A stretch of DNA of 32,000 nucleotides from Wallemia ichthyophaga EXF-994 (GCF_000400465.1 NW_008806280.1:150001-182000), one strand, 5' to 3'; positions 11,543 to 22,635 are shown, numbered from the stretch's first letter. A program made the numbers and translations. Notes: generated by a model from the sequence alone, not told the origin.

Positions 11543-11709
11543 GGATCGCAGGCTTTGTAGTGCTACGTTTCAGCTCGTGCGTAATCTCATGTACCTCTAC
11601 GATCACTTCTCTCTAATCATGGGAATCAATTTTTTGACATCTTCTAATCACACAATGCGTAACTGATTATACATCTGTTTATGATTCTATACAATACATT
11701 AAATTTGCT

Positions 11710-13085
11710 CTATTTCAATGCACGCGGTTTTTCTAAACGACTCTTAAGCTTTCGAGAGTGGTGGAGTGCCTTCCTGGGCAGTGTCTTAATAGCCTTGACT
11801 AAGCCCAGTGGATCGTGAATATTCGACAGCGAGGCCATGAATGCCATAACTATGCTGATCCCGACAAGCACATCAATGCCGAAATCCTCAACGATGAACG
11901 ACACAGCGAGCGGTCCGACGATGACGCCTGTGGTGGACGTCGCCAACGCGAGCGACACAGTAGTCTCGATAAACGGCGGGTTGATATCACGCGACATATT
12001 GCCCCACATATTGGGCATTGTCGGAGCGAGTGTTGCGCCTATGAATGCGTTGAGAACGCTCACTGGCGCTATACCGCGCACTTTATCAATCGATACGAGG
12101 AAAATGCACGTCAGCCAGAGTAACATTAGGTTCGAGCGCTTGTACCCCACTCTGCAATACAAATGCGAGAAGCATAGCATGCTCACCGTCGCACCGGAGC
12201 GGTACACCGCTAGCTCGAATGCACCAATGGAAAGTATTTTGAAGTGCAGATCCTTTACTTCCTTAACATACGTCGACATCCAATGCGCCCACCTTTTTGA
12301 ATCGATTAGCGCCGCGTCTCCAAGCAGAGCTCTACTCACGTTTCGGTGATGAGCTGACTCAGTGTGAGTGAGAGTATCCTCTTCCATAGCTTCTTGTCTG
12401 CCACCACATCCCTCCACTTCTGCTTTAACGGCAGCACGTCTCCTTTACTCCCTGCAAGGATGAAATTTCTAAAGACAAAGAACTGGACAATACCCAGAAA
12501 TCCAAAATACGCAAGGAATATCCAGAAGAAATGCTTCCATGTTGTGAAATGCTGTATCAGACGTAGCAGAAATGGTGCCGTAGTCTGGCCGACGGAACCA
12601 AAACCGTAGATAACGCCGATCATCGCGCTTTCCCTGCACTGCATCAGCACCGATATAGCCATACTCCTGCCCATTGCAATCCCGATGCCGAGAGTAGCCA
12701 TACCAAAGACGAAGACCTGCATCGGTGGGCCGAGTGCGAGCGAGAAGGCGCCGATGCCAATGATGAATGACGAGAAGAGCGTAGTGACTCTGACGCTAAG
12801 ATATTGCGACATGAGGCAGCCAATTAGAGGACCAAGAACGGATCCTGCGCCGTACAAACGAACTGAGATAATCAGATAATTGCTCTTGATCTTATCGTTG
12901 ATATCGAGCGATGATGTTAGCGTGTCGACAAAGGAGTCACTACACCCAAAGCCTACAAACAGCAGCAAGACGACTCCGTATATTAGCCACTTGTCTACCG
13001 CTTTCATCGATTTGGTGAAGAGTTTGCCGAATATCCATACTCGTCTGATAGCGCCATCGCCTTTGGAATGCTTTGAATTCGCCAA
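11710..13085 (-). CDS. Major facilitator superfamily transporter, about 442 aa, divergent (FucP/Bsc6-like by resemblance only)
   Basis: Two hydrophobic ORFs are joined in frame by intron 12293-12339 (47 nt). There are about 11-12 hydrophobic segments with MFS-like spacing (GSVLGPLIGCLMSQYLSVR; YGFGSVGQTTAPFL). Confidence 0.75.
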
Positions 13086-13448
13086 GTCATCGATTCTAGA
13101 TCCACTCTTGATCTAAGACGTAATTCATTGCTTTTACTCGATCTTTTTTATTACATTTTCGATCAAATAGAATACTTGTCGTCGAAGCGGTATTCGTCCG
13201 GCATTCGAGCGCCGTGGAAGTGAGCGTATTGAGGTCGATGTGCAAGGAGAGAAGATCGGATTGTTCGGAGCGGCTTGGAGCACGCGGAACATTGCCAAAT
13301 ATTATTCTCACAAGCACGTTATACCCTGCGGAGTCCACTATTCATTTGTACCTAAGTATCATTTGACTTAAGGGTGCATTCTCTTGCATGACCACGTGAA
13401 TGTTCTTGGTACTTAAATAGTGGGCTTATTTACCTTTCATCCTCAACA

Positions 13449-16386
13449 ATGAAGCTCAAACTCGCAACAGCCGCGTTTGTCTCAGCCGCGGTGGCACTTA
13501 CTCCACTATCGTCTGAAGACTACACAAGTAAAATTAAAGACTGTCCCGGATATGCGGTCGACAGTGCTCAAACTGAACATACTACAAACGGTCTCAAGGC
13601 GCACCTCCAGCTGGCCGGTGACGCATGCAACGCTTTTGGTGAAGATGTACAGAACCTCACCTTAGAGGCGACATATGAGACTAAAGAGCGTCTACACGTC
13701 AAGATATACGATCAGGTGAGAATGGTTTCTGACACGACGGCGAATACCAATCTAACATCTGAGACAGGAAGAGAAACATTTCCAAGTCCCTGAAGATATC
13801 TTTGAGCGTCCTCAATTTGAGGAAAATGAGGCGCTGAAGAACAGCTCTGATTTGCAGTTCGACTACACAGAAGCACCATTCGCTTTCTGGATCACTAGGA
13901 GATCTAACGGCCAAGTATTGTTCGATACACGCTTATCAGAAATTCCATCCTACAGCGAACCTTTCGACGCAAATGATACATCGGCAAGCGTCTCGGTGAT
14001 GCCTAACCACAATCTTATCTTCGAGCCACAATACATACAACTGTCATCGGCACTCCCTCAACAGGCCAACATTTATGGTCTTGGTGAGGCTGTGACACCA
14101 CACTACCGTCGCAACAGCTCCTACACCCGCCAAACCAACTGGTCAAACGACGAGGGCACACCTAGGAACACCAACATTTATGGAAGTCATCCATTCTACA
14201 TTGAAAATAGAGTGAAAGATGGCAAGTCTTTCAATCACGGTGTATTACTACTCTCTTCGAATGGTCTTGAGACCTGGCTTAGGGATGGAGTATTTCAACA
14301 GAGAATCATTGGCGGTGTTTTAGATTACTACTTCCTTTCAGGTGGTGAAGGTGAAAACAAACCAGCAGACGTTATTCGCAACTACTCTGAAGTTGTAGGC
14401 AAGCCATATCTCCCACCATACTGGACATTAGGATTTCACATGACGCGTTGGGGATACGAGAATGACAGCGACTTTGAATCAATCTTGAACGATATGCGCG
14501 ATGCAGGGATCCCGCAAGAGTCAGCATTCATGGATATTGACTTCATGCTCGCTTACCGTGATTGGACAGTCGATCAAAATCGATTCAGCAGACTGAGAGA
14601 GATTGTCGACAAATTGCACGAGCGTGGTCAGAAATTCGTACCGATCCACGACAACGCTATTCCTATCACGAGAAACGAGTCAGATGCATATGATTTCTAC
14701 ACAAGCGGCCACGAGCAGGATGTCTTTATTAAGAACCAGAATGGCACTGAGTACATTGGACAAGTTTGGCCAGGTGAGTTGCAATTTTTTCGTACAGACA
14801 AAGCTAATGTTGGTTGAGGTTACACTGTTTTCCCTGATCCATATGCCGAAAATGCTACCAAATGGTGGACAGAGTCGTTCCAGAAGTTCCACGATGAAAT
14901 TCCTTTCGACTCTATCTGGCTTGATATGACAGAGCCTGCATCTTTCAACTCTGGGTCTCTCAATGGGATGGGTCCTCTCGCTCAATACCAACCTTCGGAA
15001 GTCACGTCGTGGCCAGAGGGTTATAATAACACTATAAGTGGAAACAGCGGAAATATTACTATCGATGGGGATCTCACATACAAGCAACAATCACAGCAAT
15101 CACCATCGCGTCGCCAGATGCTCAGTAGACGGATGGGAACGCTTGAAACGGTGGATAATGATCTGGAGAAGCTCACGTTCCCACCCTACCAAATCCACCT
15201 TGGAACGCCGGAAGAGTTTTTCACGTTGGGACACGATACGGTATCTGCTAATGCAACGCACGAGAATGGGTTTGACGAGTATGATGTGCACAACCTGAAC
15301 GGTCATATGGTGGCGAAGATGACACGTGATGCACTCGATACTATCTACGGGGGGAACAGATCGATGATTATAGCGAGAAGCAACTTTGTTGGAATGGGTA
15401 CCTTCTCGCAGCACTGGCTTGGAGATAATTACTCAACGTGGATGTCTATGCGCGACTCAATCAAAGGATTGTTCCAGTTCAGTGCTTTCCAGATGCCATT
15501 TGTGGGTGCAGACGCGTGTGGATTCGGCGGCAACACGGACGAAGAGCTGTGCACGAGATGGATGATGCTCGCATCGTTAACGCCGTTCTACAGGAACCAC
15601 AATACACATGGCGCGATACCGCAGGAGCCATATAGATGGGACTCTACAGCGAATGCTACAAAGACTGCAATCAACACGCGCTACCAATTACTACCATATA
15701 TGTACAGCACCTTGTACAAACAGTCAGTCGATGGAACGCCAGTGATGAGACCGCTTTTCTATGAATTCCCAACTCACTCTGAGCTACTCGATTGGGATGA
15801 TCAATTCTTGGTCGGCGATCATCTTCTCGTGTCGCCAGCGCTCTTCCCTAACGTTACACAAGTCGACGCTTACTTCCCGGGAGATGAACCATATTACGAC
15901 TGGTACAGCCACCAGAAAGTGAATGTAACTGATGAGCACTCTTCAGTTACACTCGATGCTGGTTTGACTGATCTCAATGTACACTTGCGCGGAGGCGCTT
16001 TCATGCTGTTGCATAGCGAGCCTGGAATGACCGTCACGGAAACTACAGAGACGCCATTCAACGCATTGGTCACACTGAGCAAGGACAAGAAAGCGGAAGG
16101 ACAGTACTACTTTGACGACGGATTCAGTCAATTCAACGAGACAGTCACATGTGTCATGTTCAATGTGAGTGCAGAGGGAATGCAATCGCGCGTCGAGATG
16201 AACAACTACGATATCGGTCAGCCACTGAACAGGGTGGATATTATAGGCTGGGATGGAGAGCCACCAAAGAGCGTGATGAATGGGGATGCTCAAGTGGAGT
16301 TCAATTACGATGCTGATAGTCAAACACTCTCACTTCACAGCTTGAATCACATGCTGAACGAGTCGATGGACATTACTTTCGATTAA
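13449..16386 (+). CDS. Secreted GH31 alpha-glucosidase, about 946 aa
   Basis: Signal peptide MKLKLATAAFVSAAVA. Motifs CPGY, NIYGSHPFY, IIGGVLDYYF, PPYWTLGFH, GQVWPGYTVFPD, nucleophile WLDMTEP, acid/base HWLGDN, PFVGADACGF and FYRNHN. Introns 13716-13767 and 14774-14818. Confidence 0.95.
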
Positions 16387-16704
16387 TCTTCTCAATGCGA
16401 TTGATTAGATGATTTGATGACTAACGTGTATAAAAGGATATGAATGCAATGCCTTAACCTGTGATTTGATTAATGACGTGTGCTTGATAGTGTCATTGTG
16501 CGATTATGCGCTGATTGCAGGAGATAGTGCGTTAATGAGATTTCGATGAGGCTGCGCACATATAGAAAGAAAGCCACAGTACGTGTACACATGTCATGCA
16601 TGCCATATCGATGTAATATTACAATTGCTAAAATTTTCATGCGTCCGAATAAGAAACAGAGAGAAGAGCGATGAAATGATAAGACCCAAGAAACAAGAGC
16701 TCAT

Positions 16705-16943
16705 TTAAACGAGATAACTCTCCAAGACAGTTGCAGATTTGCCTAATGGGTGTTAGATGGGTGTTGAAGAAATCAAGGAATCAGAAACTCACGACGTTGC
16801 AAGTGCTCCCTTGGAGTACGCTCAACTGGCTGTGGATTGAGTTGCAATTTGCTTTGTGCGGCTGTGTCGGTTGCGGATGGCCTGCGGTGGGCGATAGGTG
16901 ATTGTGGAGAAGCGGTGGAGAGGGATTGAGCTGCCAATGTCAT
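16705..16943 (-). CDS. Candidate spliced 62-aa microprotein (not in ORF track)
   Basis: AAAATG start at 16943. Canonical 50-nt intron 16743-16792 (GTGAGT, CTAAC branch, TAG). Spliced product MTLAAQSLSTASPQSPIAHRRPSATDTAAQSKLQLNPQPVERTPREHLQRRKSATVLESYLV*. Confidence 0.6.
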
Positions 16944-17176
16944 TTTAGATGAAGAAGAAGTATCAAGGAAGATATGCGCCCCTTAAATCCACCGGCATGC
17001 GTGGCTCGATTTGAGACTAGAAGCGAGGCTAGGCCAGCTGAGATTATGAGGCGGAGACAGGTGATCTAGCGGTAATTAAAACAACTGTGTAAATATGATT
17101 ATTTTACAGGATAATTTATTTAATTATCATTTTGGCGTGCATCGTGCATCTCCACGCTTAGTTCAATACATCCACT

Positions 17177-18759
17177 ATGTCGAGCAGCAGCGGCAATAGC
17201 TCCATCGTCGCTGTACATTACCGAGTTGGCAAGAAAATAGGAGAAGGCAGCTTTGGTGTGATATTTGAGGGTGAGTCGATTGATTGGTTTAGTTGGTTGA
17301 TTCACTGACGTGGTTTCATAGGCACAAACCTCCTTAACTCACAGACTGTGGCTATTAAATTCGTGCGTTTATTAGGAATTTTGAAGCAACCGCTAATAAC
17401 CAATAGGAACCACGTAAATCAGATGCACCACAACTCCGCGATGAATACAGATCCTACAAAATACTCGCAAATTCACCGGGAATCCCTCAAGTCTACTACT
17501 TTGGTCAAGAAGGCTTGCACAATATCCTTGTCATCGACTTACTTGGCCCTTCGCTTGAAGATTTATTCGATATGTGTAGCAGGAAATTTAGCATAAAAAC
17601 GGTCGTAATGACAGCCAAGCAAATGATTTCTAGAGTTCAATCCATTCATGAGCGTAACCTCATCTATCGTGATATTAAACCTGATAATTTTCTCATTGGT
17701 CGTCCGAATACCAAGAATGGCTCCACTGTTCATGTTATTGACTTTGGTATGGCCAAGCAATACAGAGATCCAAAGACTAAGCAGCACATTCCTTATAGAG
17801 AGAGAAAATCCCTTTCTGGCACTGCTAGGTACATGTCCATCAATACTCACTTGGGTAGAGAACAATCTAGACGCGACGACTTGGAATCATTGGGTCATGT
17901 CTTCATGTATTTCCTTCGTGGTGGACTTCCTTGGCAAGGCTTGAAAGCTGCTACCAATAAGCAGAAGTATGAGAAGATTGGTGAAAAGAAGCAACTCACT
18001 CCCATCAAAGAGCTCTGTGAGGGCTACCCGGAGGAGTTTGGCATCTACCTTAACTATGTTAGGAAACTTGGATTCGAAGAAACCCCCGATTATGATTTCT
18101 TGAGAGATTTGTTCACTAAAGTGTTGAAGAACTCTGGTCAAGTTGAAGACGGTGTCTACGATTGGATGTTGATTAATAACGGAAAGGGTTGGGAAGCTGC
18201 TCAATCATCTGCACACCGTGATCATCATCACAGACATCGTGAGAGAGAAAGAGAGAGAGCAGACTATAGAAGATCTCAAGCCGCTGCTGCTGCTGCTGCT
18301 GCTGCAGGTGGAAATGGACAAAGTGGTAACACAGCAGGTGGCGTTTTACCACCATCTCCCGCTTTAGTCAGACATGGATCGAAACGTGGTCGCAATACAG
18401 GGAATTTGAACACGTCGTCACAGATGCTCACACCGGCATCACCCGCTAATGGTCAGCAACCACCGAATTCACGCAGACAGTCACAGCAAAACCAAATGAA
18501 TAATCAACATCCATACGCCTCCACTACAGGTGCTGTTATGTCTCCTTCAGATGCTGGTGACGGAAATGCAGGATCTCCTTCGCCTGGAAGAGAAGGTAAT
18601 CGCGGGAAAGGATATTTTAACAATCAACAAGAAAATCAAGGTATATCAAATCAAAATGTTGATCAAGCTGGTGGAATCAATCAAACTAACTCACAGGACA
18701 AGTCTAAGAAAGGTTCAAGTAATAAATTAATGGACATACTAACTTGCCGTTGTATATGA
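17177..18759 (+). CDS. Casein kinase I, Yck/Cki (CK1-gamma-like) type, about 495 aa
   Basis: [47 protein letters not shown] and [10 protein letters not shown] motifs. Introns 17271-17321 and 17363-17406. Disordered tail ends LTCRCI. Confidence 0.96.
18241..18303 (+). repeat. Coding microsatellites in the CK1 tail: (GA)n encoding Arg-Glu repeats and (GCT)7 within a poly-Ala9 tract
   Basis: GA repeat at 18241-18259; GCT x7 at 18283-18303. Confidence 0.85.
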
Positions 18760-18992
18760 GGTGATAGAAAAGAAGAGAACAAGATACCAAAGTCGATATA
18801 GTAAAATTCAAAGATTGAAAAATTTCACTTAGGCTCCCTTTCCACTAATCATCACTTTCATACCCCGTGAAGCTTAAATAGCAAAGCTGAGATGGCACAG
18901 CTGAATTGGCACATGAATCAATAAGAAGAATAACTGAATAAAACACTCATTTCGCTTAATATTTACACTCTTTTAATACATTGTTTAGTTTA

Positions 18993-19766
18993 CTATGAAG
19001 ATGGTTTTTCAAATTGCTCCCATTTTGATGCGGGGAATATGTGTTTGTTGTTGTGATACCAGGTGCGTTGTACAACCTTAGCGGGTGAGTCAGCGTCTGT
19101 AAAATTAAACAGCTCGCCTTGTTTTGAACGTGTTTGATTTACTTGAAAGTCGTAGAAAGAGTAATGCGGGGGTAAAATGAGGTCGTTCTTTATAAGCATA
19201 AGGTTATCCACATGATTTGACCTTAGTTGAGTGAAATTCTGTCTAGATTTGTCTAAAAATCGAGTGAAAGTGTCGCCTTTGTTGCAAGTAAGGGATGAAG
19301 GATGACTAGTACCATCAAAGAAAGCGAAATGAATTGTCAACTCCTCAGATTTAATCTGTTCCTGCTTTTCAAGGAACTCAATACGAAGAATTTCACGCTG
19401 AGAAGTCTCACTGATGTCTCTATCCCTATCAGGTAAGAAGGAAGTGTCTACCTGAGGATTTTTAGACAATTTCTTGATATTTAGATTGCCATGGCGTATA
19501 TCATCGCCATGATGAATATCATCACCATCCTCAACATCACCATCGGCGAAGGACAACTTGGATGAGGATTTTTTAGTTTTAGATTTCTTTTTGGGGCGTG
19601 CAGCATGTGAGGAAGTACCAGCAGCGTCTCTCGCAGCCTGCTCTTCAATTTGCTTACGTTTGAGTTTGAAGTCATCGAGGTGAACCAAACCTATGGTATT
19701 CTTCTTTAAGGATTCCTCAACGGATTCCTTATTTTCCGCCCTTTTTGTTGAAAATTCCTTTGACAT
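18993..19766 (-). CDS. XAP5: FAM50/XAP5 family nuclear protein, 257 aa
   Basis: Single ORF with TIGLVHLDDFK, LSFAD, KLSKNPQVDTSFLPDRDR, FAFFDGTSH, LMLIKNDLILP and KVVQRTWYHNNKHIFPASKW. Confidence 0.9.
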   Translation of the reverse strand: MSKEFSTKRAENKESVEESLKKNTIGLVHLDDFKLKRKQIEEQAARDAAGTSSHAARPKKKSKTKKSSSKLSFADGDVEDGDDIHHGDDIRHGNLNIKKLSKNPQVDTSFLPDRDRDISETSQREILRIEFLEKQEQIKSEELTIHFAFFDGTSHPSSLTCNKGDTFTRFLDKSRQNFTQLRSNHVDNLMLIKNDLILPPHYSFYDFQVNQTRSKQGELFNFTDADSPAKVVQRTWYHNNKHIFPASKWEQFEKPSS

Positions 19767-19828
19767 TTACGTGTGTTCTCTCTTCGCAGTGAATGCTCAA
19801 GCGCACAGCGAGGAATTTGTGGCATAAA

Positions 19829-22170
19829 ATGGAAACAACGAATACGTGGAATATACCAATGAAGGCGACTCAAGAGCCCGTGCTACACGTCTATAATTCA
19901 CTCAGTCGATCCAAAGTGGGTGGTGTGGTGTACAACCACTAAATACTCAAGTTACACAGGTCCCTTTCATTCCTACGCACGGTAGATCCGTCACTTGGTA
20001 TAACTGCGGTCCGACCGTTTACGATTCTTCCCATATGGGCCACGCTCGCAACTACCTCACTCAGGACATCATACGCAGAATCCTACGCGACTATTTCAGC
20101 TACGACGTTAAATTTGTCATGAACATTACAGACGTCGATGATAAGATCATCTTGAAAGCCAGGCACAGCTATTTGTTCAACAAGTACAAGCAAGACAATG
20201 GCGTGGCTAACGATACCGTCAAACGCGATTTAGTTGCTTCATTTGAGGCATTCGTTGAGAAAGTGAAACCATCATTTAGTTCTATACCACCAAATTCATC
20301 CTCCCCCCAAGAATACGCGGCGGCTGTTATCGATCACTCTCACTCTCTCCTTCCTTCTTGGCTTGAACACGAACCTAAGGCGGGAATGTACGTGCAAACT
20401 CTCAAGGACTCCCTCGAAGCACTCCAGACACTCTCACTCGACAAGGCTTACGATATTCTCTCTCCATACCTCGACAAGCACCACGGAGAGAGTGTAACCG
20501 ATCCTGCTATTTTCAGATCCTTAGCTGCTTACTGGGAGGCTGCTTTCTTCAAAGACATGGCCGCACTTAATGTCGAAAAACCTGATACACTCACCCGAGT
20601 GAGCGAGTATGTGCCTGAAATCATCCACTTTGTCGAGAAGATTATCAGTAATGGATACGCATATGCCGTTGAAGATGGGAGTGTGTATTTCGATACGAAA
20701 GCATTCGACCATTCTAAGTCGCGCAAAGGGTTTGAGCACGTGTACGCCAAATTACAGCCATGGTCGAAAGGTAGCAAGGAGTTGATCGACGAGGGTGAAG
20801 GGAGTCTAAGTAGTGGGGGAACGGGAAAGAAGGGCAATTCAGATTTCGCGCTATGGAAGGCGTCTAAACCGGGTGAGCCATCGTGGCAGTCTCCTTGGGG
20901 CGCAGGCAGACCAGGATGGCACATCGAGTGCAGTGTTATGGCGTCCGAAGTTCTCGGTCATAACATAGACATACATTCAGGCGGTGTAGATCTGAAATTT
21001 CCTCACCATGACAACGAAATTGCCCAGAGCGAGGCGTGTCATGACTGTCCAGCGTGGATTAACTACTTCCTTCACACAGGCCACCTTCACATCGAAGGGC
21101 AGAAGATGTCCAAATCTTTGAAAAACTTCATCACCATCGACGACGCTCTCGCTAGGTACTCACCCAGACAGCTGCGCCTAGCGTTTATGCTGCAGCTGTG
21201 GAACACGCCGATGGACTTCAAGGAGAGTGCGATGGCGGAAGTGCGCAACTACGAGAGCATGCTGAGCAACTACTTCAGCAATATCCGCGCACTGCTGCGC
21301 GACAGGCGCGATAGAGAGGTAGGAGAAACTGAGAGAGAGTTGGAGTGGGACGGCAGACACCACTACGATGCGCGCGAAAAGGAGCTGGATGGGAAGCTGA
21401 CGGCGGCGAAAGAAGGAGTGCGCGTAGCGCTTTGCGACAGCTTCAATACGCCTTCCGCACTGCAGGTCATGGGCAGTCTGGTGAGTGACGCTAATGTTTA
21501 CATGGCGCAACAGCGCGCGGCGAACACGGTCATGAATGTAGATGTACTAGAGAATATAGCCAAGTACGTCACGCGTATGCTGTCGATATATGGCGTCATA
21601 CCCACATCGCAGCTGCTCGAGATCGGCTGGGCTGATGCGCAGGGCGAGCAGAACAGGAGCAGAGAGGAGGACGTCATGCCTTACGTTAAGGCCCTGTCCT
21701 CTTTCAGAGACAGCGTCCGTCAGATCAGCATCGAAAATAAGGATGATGGCCTCGCGCAGATTCTTAGACTCTGCGATCGCATGCGCGATGAGGACTGCGT
21801 CGATCTCGGCATCGCACTTGATGACCAAAACAGCGGTAAGGCACTCGCTAAGCTGGTCAACCCCGATGAGCTACGCGCGGCAAGGTCCGAGAAAGAACGC
21901 CAAATAACCGCTAAAGCTGAGAGATCGAGGTTGGTAAAAGAACAGGCTGAGCTGAAGCGCGTCGAGAAACTCAAGAAGAGCAGCATCAACCCGGCGGAAA
22001 TGTTCAAGGGGCTGCAGGAGTATTCGAAGCTCGATCAAGATGGGATACCTACCCACGACAGCCACGGTGAAGAGTTATCTAAGAAACGCCGCAAGAATGT
22101 CATCAAAGAATACGAAATACAGGCTAAGGCGTATAGAGAATACTTAGACGCTGGTAGTCCTTCCGTCTGA
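19829..22170 (+). CDS. CARS1: Cytosolic cysteinyl-tRNA synthetase, about 765 aa
   Basis: Exon 1 19829-19915, intron 19916-19959. Motifs WYNCGPTVYDSSHMGHARNY, DFALWK, GRPGWHIECS, DIHSGGVDLKFPHHDNE and KMSKS. Confidence 0.97.
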
Positions 22171-22272
22171 AGATGAGTGAAGAAGTTTTAAGAAGATATT
22201 CATAATGCATGTATATTATAGTTGCTGTGACTCCTCTTATGCTCCGCGTGCTCTCAGTCCACCACCACCAAA

Positions 22273-22623
22273 ATGGCGTCACTGAGAAATAATTTAGGCG
22301 TGCTGAATAAAATATTACGGGTTGATAATATAACAGTGCAAGAACGGATATCACTACTGTCACTCAAAGTTGGTCTTGTGGGCGATAGAGAGAAGATGGA
22401 GATACATGTGGAATTATCACAGCTATACAGCTCACTCAATCAGCTAGAATTGGCTTATGTGGAATTAGATCAGGCAGGCGTGGCTGTACAAAACGACAAA
22501 GCGAAAGTAATACAGATACTTGGTATGAAAGTTGATATCGAGCATAGGAGACAGAGGTTGAACAGGGCACAGCAGCTGCTCAACCAGATCGAGAAGCTGG
22601 AGAAGCTGGAGAAGTTGGAGTAG
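22273..22623 (+). CDS. Orphan 116-aa helical protein, possibly TPR-like
   Basis: Good start context (CAAAATGG). The intact ORF fills the gap between CARS1 and the next gene and has an amphipathic helical pattern. No family recognised. Confidence 0.55.
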   Translation: MASLRNNLGVLNKILRVDNITVQERISLLSLKVGLVGDREKMEIHVELSQLYSSLNQLELAYVELDQAGVAVQNDKAKVIQILGMKVDIEHRRQRLNRAQQLLNQIEKLEKLEKLE

Positions 22624-22635
22624 CTCGAGTAGCTG
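22591..22635 (+). repeat. 9-bp tandem repeat, 5 degenerate units (GAGAAGCTG)
   Basis: gagaagctg gagaagctg gagaagttg gagtagctc gagtagctg; spans the stop codon of the orphan ORF. Confidence 0.85.

Noticed and set aside
18816-18825. RRPE-like TGAAAAATTT
   Set aside because: It lies between two convergent 3' ends, not in a promoter, and is expected by chance in AT-rich DNA.
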